Source: Catajapyx aquilonaris (Eukaryota). Taken from it: a stretch of 44,893 bases of DNA. The stretch is taken from assembly GCA_000934665.2 (NCBI GenBank), contig JYFJ02000819.1, forward strand, positions 62,001 to 106,893. Reading direction: 5' to 3'. Position 1 is the stretch's first letter, and each line of letters starts with the position of its first letter. Positions 34,472-44,893 of the stretch are shown one piece after another. The translations under genes and the position numbers were made by a program. Below the pieces are notes generated by a model. It was not told the DNA's origin, ran no database searches, and worked only from the letters and a program-made list of their open reading frames with translations.

Positions 34472-37400
34472 TCATTTATCGGATCGATGGGATGAGAGCT
34501 TGGTATTTCGGCCGTATATTCCTCGAACCAGTTGTGTTCCGAATGGGCCAAACACGTAAATGCATTCCGAGGGCCATCCCAACCATCGAAGACTCTGAAG
34601 GCAAGAGGCGGCCAAAATTCCTCCTCCACTTATCAGCACCTATCATAACAACACAAAGATTTGTTATTTAAAAAGAGAACGGATTTCTTATACGGTATAG
34701 AGCACCAAACCTTTGTTTTCTTTCCATTTAGTGGGGGTAGGTTTTGCTTGAGTTTTTCCTGGTCCAGGTCACCCTCTTCCCATTCCCAGCCCTCAGGAGC
34801 TTCCTTCAGGATGAAGACAGGATTGAATCGGCTGACATGGGCTTGAAATGAATTAGGGTGTTACATGGGGGTGAATTTTAGAGAAATGTACATCAAAAAT
34901 TTATAAGTATAAGGACAGACCTGCATAGTCGCACAACTCCTTGAGGCAAATGAGATTCTTGACCTGATCAGAGCAGTAGAAGAGGGTGACCTTGGTCAGG
35001 TCACGGGGGTTCCCCAGCATGCTCCTGACCAGCTGGATGGCAGGGGTGACCCCGACCCCTCCGCATATCAGAACCAGTTGCTCCAGGGTGTTCTCCAAGT
35101 ACTCGAATCCTCCGCGTGGACCTCGGAAGTCGACAGAATCACCTAAAAAAGGACAAGTCTCTAATTAACCAAGGACTTGTGCAGTGCAGTTAATTGTACG
35201 ACATGAACCTGGTTGCATTGACCTGAACGCGTTGGACACAAGCCCCGACCCTTCCAGCTTGGTGACAATCTCCAACTGTCCGTACGCGTCTGGGGCAGAT
35301 GTGGGCGAGAAGAATCTCTCCTGGTCTCTTCCGGACTCGGATCTGATCCTCATCTGCGATCGGTTTCCGATTAATGACGGGATATATTGCCCTTTGCACC
35401 TTGACCTTACCTGAACGTACTGGCCTGGCATGCATCCCAGGTGATCTGTGGAGTCTGGTAAGGCGAAAGTGAGCAGGAGAGTGTCCGGTGCACATTCGCT
35501 CTTCCTTATTAAATTGAGAGCCTTGTATTGCTCGGGGTGAAGAGCTGGCTTGTGCGACTGGCCATCGGGTGTCGTCATCACCTGACAAGGAAAAAAAATT
35601 TGCGAACATCATTATGTTTCAGGTGGTTAGTCGATAAAGATGCTGGATATCGCGATGAAATTGGTTCACAAATAGCACGTATGAAGAAGAAACATTATTT
35701 TATTTGGACTTACTTCGGAGACATAATGCGGAAGAGAGGTGTTGAAGGGATTGTCAAAATCGTTGGCGAGTTGATTTGAGGGCTGTTCCTGAGCCTTGTT
35801 CTGCTCCACCTCCTGCAGCATCTCCTTTGCCAATTTCTCCTTCTCGTCCAAGGTCATCTTTCGCAGTTCCCGATGAAGATTGGGGCGGTTCACCTTCCGG
35901 TCCCTGCAATAACAGCGCACCAAAAATATGTATAGCACATATTTCACTGAAACGGTACATGTTGTATTACGATGAGTCACTTTCGTAGTAGGCTATGTTT
36001 GAATCTTGAGTCTAATTTTGAGCGTTGACCATCCCTTTCGCATTTAAAAAGATGGTTGAATTAATTTCACGGAAATTTTTTTCGCATTTTGAAACTACTG
36101 TAACTTTTAATGTCCGGTTATTACCAAGTGTCGACCGATTCCAATCCATAGAGGCAAATCTGTCCCATCAGTCCCCTGACCAGCTCATTGGACGGACCCA
36201 TCACCCATCCGGCTTTGGCATCGCGAAGAAGACGTTCCAATCCTGCAAAAAAAAAGTCAGTTAATTCATTCAGAAGGCGATCAGAGTACAAAAATAGAAG
36301 GCGGCAGTCTAATACCCGTTTCATTTTTATATCCGGCACCACCACAAGCGTGTAGCATGGTTTCTGTTACATTGCTGCTGGTTTCGGCGGAGATGTACTT
36401 CAACAATACTGTCTGAGCCATGAATTTGGTCCTGAAGTTGAAATGCTCAAGTTGAACAATTGAGCATGCAGCCAAACTCTGTAGTCTTGGATTACCTGGG
36501 TTTGAAAGACCGGTCTTTGTATAGAGACCAATCGCAATTTTTTGTCTCCACGTCTATCTGGGCCGCGTAAGCATATAGGGTCATCCTGCTGGCCACAATC
36601 GAGCAGATGCTCTCTCCAAAGTATCCCTTTCAATTGAAAAAAATGCATTTCAATTGGCTATTAATTAGATGAAAAATTGAAACTTAATAAATCTACCTCC
36701 GGTAAACAAATCATTACAATGACAATAAGAGGATTATGTCTCTTCACAAAAGCGATGGTGTTGACAAGCTTACGATGCCCCAACGGACTATAGTGGTTGA
36801 ATTATTGAGAGTGACAGTCTATGAAGCCGAAGCATCGAGACAGATATGTGATCCTCTCACTATCAGTTACTTCCTCATGGAAAATAAACCTATACCTAAA
36901 AATGACAGGCACAACGCGTCTCAGCTTGTTTTTGTCTCCTGCAGCTGCAATAATAAACATAGTGGAGATATCCATGCTGTACGGTATAGTCCAAGGTATA
37001 GTCTATAAGCGTTATAAAACAAGAAATTGTTCAATGCATAAATTTAGGGCAAGGCAGTGCGAGGCAGCCTGCAACCGGTCATAACTGGTGCAGTAACGAC
37101 TTACTTGCACTACAGGGTAATCGCAGACCCTGAAGTTGTTTTGTCCGTGTGTCTTTGTGGTGACATGTCTCTTGGCCACGTCCATTGCGCCCAAGGCTAT
37201 TCCGTTGAAGCAAGCCGTGAAGAAGAGCATGGCCAACGGGACTAGTTGTTCCGAATTCTGGTCATCTCCAAGGCCTGTAGTCGTAAACCATTATTTACAC
37301 AATTACGTACCACCATGGTCAAACAAATAATTGCTGGTGTACATACCGACGCCTCCAATGATCCTGTTTCTTTCGAGGAGACCTTCGCAGACCAGGGGAC

Positions 37401-38687
37401 CAGACTGATTGCCCCTCATCCCAAGGGCCTCCCACTCATTGGCGTAAGTGCGGATCTCATCCTGTCAACAAGGATGGGGTTCAATGTATGTGATGTGATG
37501 ACACGTGTAGCTCGTTACCTTGAACATGAGGTAGAAGGTGGTACTGGCAAAGTCACCGTCCGAGTCAGGGTTTGAGCTGCTGACCACGTACCAGTCGGCG
37601 AACCCAGCGGAGGTGCTCCACTGGCCGTACTTCAGGAGACGAACGCGGTTCTCGTCCACCGTGGTGCACTTGGACGCCAGGGGAAACCAGAACTGACCGC
37701 CTGTCGGAAGCTTTGTTGAATTCGCGGTAATAATTCAGACAAACTTCCAGGGCTTTACTTGCCTGAGGCAGGATCGCTGAGACTTGATGTCCCGACGAGC
37801 CTCTTCTTGTCCAGATTCCTCAGCACGTCTTCGAACACGGGGTTGTCGTGATAGTAATTGAGCAGCAGGCCGCATGACATCAGGTGCATTGCTACAAATA
37901 AAATGCAATGAATGTCACATAGTTGAGGGAAATGTTGAATGGGAAAATTTTTTGTGAATTATTTTGCATGCCAATGCATTGTGGGACAGTACAATCAGGA
38001 AGGATTGAATTTTAAAAATATGTTTTGAGCTATACATGCATTTTTCACTATTAATTATGTAATATTGCCTCTAAGGTGTAAAGCTGAGCAAATATGGGGA
38101 ATGGGTTAAAATCACGCAATCCTAATTATTTTGATGAAAGGTGAAGAGGACATTAAGGAAGTAAGGAAAGCTGAAGCGGATGCTGTGTATTTATAGAACC
38201 TCTTATTAGCATTTCATTAGCATTTCATTAGTCTCGTATTACCGTATCTCATTTGGGAAAAAACCCTTATTATGTGACATTGCAGGCTATACTTACTATA
38301 GACCATGGCAGTGCTAGGGCAGCCATATCTGGCGATGGTTTCGACAGCCATGCAAACCCCCACGTGGTTCTCTCCTCTTCCTCCCAACTCTTTAGGCACC
38401 AATATTCCCAGCAAACCCAGGTCGGCCATGGCGTCCAAACTGGGTCTGGGGAATTTGCTCGTAGCATCGCACAAAGGCTGGAAGATGAGCTTGCTCTATA
38501 ACACTACACGTGTGCAGTGTATTACACTCTCTTATGATAAACAACTCACGGCATTAGGCCTGATGACGGTGCGGCAAAGCTCTTTAATATCCTCCTGCAG
38601 CTTCTTCTGGTCCTCGGACAGGAACCATCCTGGTTCTAACTCGGGTCCTAAGCCCCAAAACTCCTTCTTGGGTTTACCCGAATCCAT
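34472..38687 (-). CDS. ACAD-fold + cytochrome-b5-reductase/FNR-like fusion protein, gene A (768 aa, 15 exons)
   Basis: Exons are 38687-38550, 38477-38297, 37891-37763, 37700-37519, 37461-37347, 37274-37105, 36626-36496, 36431-36316, 36242-36125, 35903-35714, 35581-35411, 35353-35209, 35142-34921, 34841-34711 and 34639-34472. They total 2307 nt and are open throughout. ACAD motifs: GLLGILVPKELGG, ETIARYGCPST, SLSDPASG, KYGQWSTSAGFAD, LGMRGNQSG, HACGGAGY, ERLLRDAKAG. Reductase motifs: LGCMPGQY, ERFFSPTS, GLVS, FRGPRGGF, ICGGVGVTPAIQ, APEGW…G. Confidence 0.93.
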
Positions 38688-40101
38688 GTCTTAAGCCTGG
38701 GGAGTGTGCGGTTGAAGCTGCTGTAACTAGCCCGGCTCCTCGTTCAAGTGCGGCTCTTTCGAGCAACGTGCTATGCAAAGTGAATGAGCACTTATGGGAG
38801 GTCAACCAGTCATGCATGAAGTGCTTTAAGACGCATTAACAAGGATGTGCTCGGACAGGATGCGGCCGGGGTAGACGTCTTGTTATACGAACCACATGCA
38901 TCATGAGTAATGTATGAGCAGTGTAATTGACGCATGAACGTTGTAAACACTCACCTTGTCGGCATTTTTTAAAGAAAGGGTAATTAGGTCAGGGGCAATT
39001 AATCGCAGACACTGACTATGTGTGCAACAGTTTAATTCTCATATAGTTACAGCAGTGCTTGGGTCTTTAATAAAGTGCAAGGTATTATGAGCGGCACAAC
39101 CTTTTTTGCGACATTGAAAGGGCTCAGGGGCTGTGCTCTTAGAGATAGAGCCAGACAGCCATTGCAGTGATTGGTGTACTATAAAAAAATACCATGTAAG
39201 AGAAGAGCACAATTTCTCTCGTTTAAAAAGTGTGTGTAAATTCGACATTTTGACATTGTTTATATTGAGGTGGAAAGAACTGAAAACCACAAGCAAACGC
39301 TTGCTGTAAGGCAACTCAGATGTTTATTCCGAGCTGGTAAGAACTTCGTAAATCCGGTTTCGTTTATTTACTAACCATATTAAACTAGTTCTGGCCTGTA
39401 TTTTCCACTCTAAAGTCAGTGCAGAAATAAGTGCGCGAATATGCCATTAGAAAGTGTATATTGAGACTAATAATAAGTGTTGATGAATACTATTTGTTCA
39501 TAATTAAATATGGGCTGCGATATATGATTGTGATGTCTCCTTAAGCCTGTTTATGCAACCTATCAGTTAGTACTGGATCTGCTGACAATATGTTGCTTTC
39601 ATATTCAGTAGGCCTATATATGATGATAATTTGATTACATAATTATCAGAACTAAGGAATCATCATTCATATACTCTTAGACATTTCCCTTTTGGTTTTT
39701 CAATGATTTGCAAATCTACAGCTACGCGTCATGACTTGCACCTGAAGTGTCGCTCGAACAAATTGAAATTATGCAACAGACCTTCACATGCGGGTACTAA
39801 AAACAATGCTGACATAATTTTGGCATGCGGCTGGACAAGTGGGCCTAATCGAGTTTTTTTTCGAGAATCAAAAAAGCTGAACCTTGTGGCGGATGGAAGG
39901 GCGCCAAGGAATCGTTGAGACACAGGCTTGGCATGTTCTACTTTGGAGATCAAGGGCGACAGCTATTTAGACGCTTCATCATACTATAGCAACACTAGCA
40001 AAATACTGTATGACATACAACAGGTTCGTGTACAGTGCAGTGATTAATTGCTTACAAGCCACTTTGCATTGCAAATGTGTTGGTTTTGCGTGCAGTTTTT
40101 T

Positions 40102-43100
40102 TTAGTATCTGGAAGTGTGAGAGGACAGTTTGGCGTTGCTTCCATATACGCCTCGCACCAGTTGAGTTCCCAGAGGACCGAAGATGAATATGGAATCCGA
40201 TTTAAATCCAAGCTGGCGTAGACTTTGCAGGCAAGATACGGCCAATGCACTGCCTCCACATATCAGCACCTAGAAAATGCAAAAAAAAAGTTTCGTAAAA
40301 TGACATCGGTTTTGGCGTTTATCCGTAATATTTTTCACAAGAGAGCGGAAAGGAATTTCACCTTATTTTTGGTGTCGGTGGACAAGTGCATGTTTCTTCT
40401 TAACACGTCCGAATCCAAGTCACCTTCTTCGTAAGACCATTCTTCAGGTGGCTCTCGAAGGATGAACACTGGGGCAAAGCGGCAATCCTTCACTGGAATT
40501 ACAGGGTGTGCTTGTTTACAACTATTTTAACTAATTAAACTATACATGAACATGATCATACGCAAATATGAACCTTCATAGTCACACAGTTCTTGATAGG
40601 AGATTAGGTTGTCCACGTAGTCTGAGCAGTAGAAGAGTGTCACCTTGGTGATATCCTGCGGGTTATCCATGACTGTTCTGATTAGTTGGATGGCCGGAGT
40701 GACCCCGACCCCTCCGCATATCAAGATCAAATGGTCCAGAGTATTTGCTTCGTACTCGAATCCTCCACAGGGACCTCTGAATTGTGCCTTGCTACCTGTA
40801 ATCAACATCAATTAAGATTCTAATTTGGCACAATAAGATGGTGGACCAGACCAGGTTGCATATCCTTTAAGGCTTTGGACACCAGTCCCTGTGCCTCCAG
40901 TTTGGTCACTATTTCTAGCTGTCCGAAAGAATTCGGAGGGGAAGTCGGAGAGAAGAATCGCTCTTGGACCGTTCCTTCCGATGATATCCGCATCTGCTCA
41001 ATAATATACAGTTTGTACAGTCAAGGTTTCAATTTTTTAGTTTGATCATCGGTTACCTGAATGTATTGGCCAGGAAGACATCCGAGGTGATCCGTGGCAT
41101 TGGGAAGTGCGAACCTGAATTTGAACGTGTCTCGGGCGCACTCGGATTTGGATATAAGAGGCAGAGACGTGTACGAATCCGGATTCAGGGCCGGTTCATG
41201 GTCAGTTCCATCCCCAGTTGCAAATATCTGCGAAAATATTTAGTCGCTCAGGAAAATGGCCTGAACATGAACTAATGTGCAAATTCCTGAAAAATCATTA
41301 ATATTTATGATTACCTCTTCCCAGTGCTTGGGAGGCTGTGTGTTGAACGGGTTGTCAAAATCATCCTTCGAAATTGGTATTTTGTCGCCTCCTTTTCGGT
41401 CATCCACTTCTTGCAGGATGTTTCTAGCCACAGCCTCCTTCTCGGATAATGTCATCTTGCTCAACTCTCTGTACAGGCTCGGGATATGAACTTGGTTACC
41501 CCTGCATTTATAATAATTATATTTATGTTATATGCGAGTTTTCCACGTCTTCATTACCATCTGTCCACTCCGTCAATCCCGTACACACACATTTGGCCCA
41601 TGAGTAACTTGATCATTTCGGATGATGGCCACATCAGCCATCCGGCTTTGGAATCGCGAAGAAATCTTTCCAATCCTTTCATATAAATATGATAAATTAT
41701 TATGCACAATTTTTAAAAAACTAAAAGTTAGCTACCAAGGTCTCGCCTGAATCCGGCACCTCCGCAAGCACGAAGCATTTTTTCTGTCACTTTACTCGAA
41801 TTTTTTGCAGCAATAAATTTGGCGCAGGATGCTGACGCAACGTATCTGGAACTTTTAACATACTCCTGGTTAATTATTTTGTATCTTAATCCTGCTGGAC
41901 GAGTGTTCATTACCGTGGTTTGTAATTCGGGTTTTTGTACAGAGACCAGTCGCATCCATTTGTTGCTTGGTTCAACATCTGGCAGTAAGAATAGACTGTT
42001 AATCTACTTGCCATTGTGCTGGATATGCATTCTCCAAAGTATTCCTGGCGGGGAATAAATGAAGGGTAATAACTCACTTGTACTTTCAATTTATGCGATT
42101 GTGAGTATACCTGAACTAACGGGTAGTCGCAAACGCGGAATCCGTTCTGTCCATGAGTTCTGCTGGTGACATGTCTCTTTGTCACGTCCATTGCCGCCAT
42201 TGCGATTCCATTACAGCAAGCTGAGATCATTAGCATTGTTATTGACATGTTGACATTCTCCATACCACTTGTCGTGCCTGTCAAAATATCATTACAATAA
42301 TTAGGTTTTTAAGATAGCCAGAGCAGCAGCAGCAAACTTACTCAGCCTGCCAATAATCCTCTCTTTGTTCAAGACTCCTTCACACACTACTGGACCTGAC
42401 TGATTTCCTCTCAAACCAAGAGCTTCCCATTCGTTGGCGTATGTGCGTACCTCGTCCTAAAATAAAATGCATCAATATGAAACTGTACACTTTACACTAA
42501 TTAAAATGTGAACCTTCAGGAGCAGGTACACGGAGGTACTGGACATGTCACCATCAGCGTCTGGACTTGCGCTTGTGATCACGTACCAGTCGGCGTACCC
42601 GGCTGATGTGCACCACTGCCCGTACTTCAGGAGCCGGATATTTTGCTCGTCCATAGTTTGACATTTAGATGAGAGTGAAAACCAGAACTGCGATCCTATT
42701 TTAAACACAATCAGGTAATTAAATGAGACGGATTTGAAGCCGAACTGACTGCTTACCGGTAGCTGCATCGTTCAGGCTTAATGTTCCGATCGATTTGGTT
42801 TTGTTCAGATTCTTGAGTAAGTCTTGGATGAAGGGATTGTTGTGGTGAGCCTTCAGTAGCGAGTTGCATGCAGCCAAGTGCATAGCTAAAATTCATATCA
42901 GGCAATCAGATATCTGGTTGAAATATTGTGTACCTGTACTTACTGTAAACCATGGCGGTGCTGGGGCATCCGTACCGAGCGATTGTTTCGACTGCCATTG
43001 CCGCTGCCACAATGTCTTGGCCCATCCCTCCAAGTTCTTTTGGAACCAGAAGACTCAGCAGACCCATGTCTGCCATGGCGTCCAGACTGGCTCTTGGAAA

Positions 43101-43319
43101 CTGGCTGGTGCGATCGTACTCGTCCTGAGAAACACAGAAATATATTAAGAGCCGTGCATCACCTTCTAAGTATTGAATTCTTACCGCATTTGGTCTGATG
43201 TGGTTGTGGCAAAGCTCGATGATGTTCCTCTGAAGCGTCTTTTGCTCCGAGGTCAGCAGCCAACCCGGGTCGAACTCGGGACCCAAACCCCAGTGATGAT
43301 GTGCCCAGCCGTTCTCCAT
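40102..43319 (-). CDS. ACAD-fold + cytochrome-b5-reductase/FNR-like fusion protein, gene B (764 aa, 15 exons)
   Basis: Exons are 43319-43185, 43124-42944, 42885-42757, 42695-42514, 42456-42342, 42277-42111, 42044-41914, 41851-41736, 41675-41558, 41501-41315, 41227-41057, 40993-40852, 40795-40574, 40492-40362 and 40269-40102. They total 2295 nt and are open. All 14 intron positions and phases match gene A, and 11 of 15 exon lengths are identical. Confidence 0.93.
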
Positions 43320-43373
43320 GATTATCAACTACTACAAGTAGACTAATAATATTGTTCACTCCTGACACTATAG

Positions 43374-43379
43374 TTTATA
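43374..43379 (-). promoter_or_regulatory. Possible TATA box of gene B
   Basis: TATAAA lies on the minus strand 60 nt upstream of the ATG, with an Inr-like TTAGTC at 43346-43341. The spacing is slightly long. Confidence 0.3.
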
Positions 43380-43614
43380 AAATGGAGAAAACAACAGGAA
43401 CATTATTTTTTGCTGTGTTGCTTCCCTTCGAACTGATTGGGCACCTCTGTGTGTATATGAAGATTATGAGTTACAGGAAAATGTGCTCATGTTTCAAAGT
43501 GAACGTGTAATTGCAAAAAAAAATATTTTTATAGCATAATGCAAATTTTCTCCCTGCTTTTCATGACGAGCTTGGGAGATTTATGCAACAGGTTCGCAAT
43601 AGGCCCATCGAGGA

Positions 43615-43639
43615 GGGGGGGGGNNNNNNGGGGGGGGGG
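43615..43639. other. Poly-G tract containing 6 undetermined bases (43624-43629)
   Basis: nnnnnn lies inside a G run, marking a sequencing or assembly ambiguity. Confidence 0.95.
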
Positions 43640-44330
43640 TGGTATATCGAAAAAGTCATTATGGGGTCGACAGGAAGAGGCACATGCCAGAAATGGCTAA
43701 TTTTCTAAATAGCATTCAAGGCCACAGAGACAAAAAAAACCCAAGACATTAGACTAGAAAACAATTGATAATATTTCGTATGATTATATTTATTATTTTT
43801 GAACTGGACGAAAATAGGGGCGATAACATTTTTCACGTCAATTAATTAATTATTGTGCTTTTATCTTGTAAATTACTGTAATATCAGACCTGTAATTATG
43901 GCTGACGTACATACGTCTAACATGCAAACAGCATGTATGACCTTGTACAGTACAGACGACAGTGAATGCACATATCTTTCGCCCTAAGAGAATTTTAACA
44001 CAAATGATTCTTACAAGTTAGAGAAAACGTATTTGTAACATATTACACTTCCCACAAGAGAAAAAATACAGCGACCTTTTACCAATTTACAGGGTGATAT
44101 TAATCCGACGGACATGTAACAATGGGCAGTATAATAAACGGTGAATCTAACCTTGGGAGATGCCGATTGCAGTGACAAACTAACCAGTGACAACCAAGAA
44201 TCAGATGAGCATCCGCAGACAATGCACGTGTGCTCTAATGCCCTTGCCTGCCCGACACCCACGTTTTATCATTTTTGCGGAAGGAATTGCCTCATTGTCA
44301 GTTATTCTTGTGGCACATGTCACCACATTG

Positions 44331-44893
44331 TCACGGTCCTGATTGATGAGACGATAGTTTGGCACTGTTCCCAAACACAGCTCGAACAAGCTGAGACCCG
44401 AAAGGTCCGTAGATGTATATAACTTCCGAAGGCCATCCGAGCCATCGAAGGCTTTGCAGACAGGAAGCTGCAAGTGTCGTCCCTCCGCTTATTACCACCT
44501 GAAAAATCCACAGTGAAAAATAAATTATTACATAGAATGAGCAATTGTGTAAAATATTTCTTAACAAGTTCCGTTTAGTCACGGACTACACTTTCATTGT
44601 CTGGTAGTATATCCTGATTGCTTGACAATATTATTATTGTTATACTGTATGCAATGCTACATATACATACACTGAATCACTGCATTTCCCCAAAATGGTA
44701 AATCCTATCTTGGGAAAATGCCGTGATTGGTATGCGTATGATGCCTATTTCAAGCAGGATGGCGAACCTTCAACTTCCTGTTCGTGTGACGTTTCGATCA
44801 CGATCTTTCTGCAGGGGAAATACTGTGGTGAAGTGTGCAGGAATATTTTACCTTCACCCTTGAAGATATTCCTGGAAGATATTGCTTCATTTT
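44331..44893 (-). CDS. 3' end of a third ACAD/reductase fusion paralog (gene C); exons >44893-44852 and 44498-44331
   Basis: The last exon is 168 nt, as in A and B, and encodes VVISGGTTLAASCLQSLRWLGWPSEVIYIYGPFGSQLVRAVFGNSAKLSSHQSGP*. The upstream exon end KMKQYLPGISSRVK|gtaaaa matches exon 14 of A. The ACAD part is outside the window, so the fusion is assumed. Confidence 0.85.

Noticed and set aside
35354..35410. 57-nt stop-free in-frame intron in gene A as coding sequence
   Set aside because: It has good GT-AG signals, and the homologous intron in gene B contains an in-frame stop. It is treated as an ordinary intron.
40102..40113. C-terminal SRY of gene B as a peroxisomal PTS1
   Set aside because: It is non-canonical and not shared by paralogs A (SDK) or C (SGP).
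34472..43319. Bacterial contamination or operon explanation for ACAD + reductase
   Set aside because: There are fourteen spliceosomal introns per gene, with contiguous animal genes and TEs nearby.

Overview
This is intron-rich animal (probably invertebrate) nuclear DNA with many 55-90 nt introns, so the ORF track catches only exon fragments. All protein-coding genes I can support are on the minus strand. They are: (1) a FAM210A-like gene running off the left edge; (2) a 3-exon atypical class A GPCR (27343->20133); and (3) a tandem array of fusion genes joining an acyl-CoA dehydrogenase (ACAD)-fold domain to a C-terminal cytochrome-b5-reductase/FNR-type FAD-NAD(P)H domain. The array has two complete 15-exon copies (38687->34472, 768 aa; 43319->40102, 764 aa), the 3' end of a third copy at the right edge, and an internally deleted pseudogene (31947->31147). 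The ACAD domain lacks both canonical catalytic Glu positions and any mitochondrial presequence. I infer a cytosolic, self-sufficient flavin-dependent enzyme, most plausibly a fused two-component monooxygenase; this is the main candidate for an undescribed system and needs database and biochemical checks. Intergenic and intronic DNA holds many small mobile elements: a tRNA-SINE nested in a MITE arm, Harbinger-like and CACTG-ended MITEs, Helitron-like elements and decayed transposon coding remnants. All exon structures were derived by hand from splice signals, reading-frame continuity and paralog comparison.
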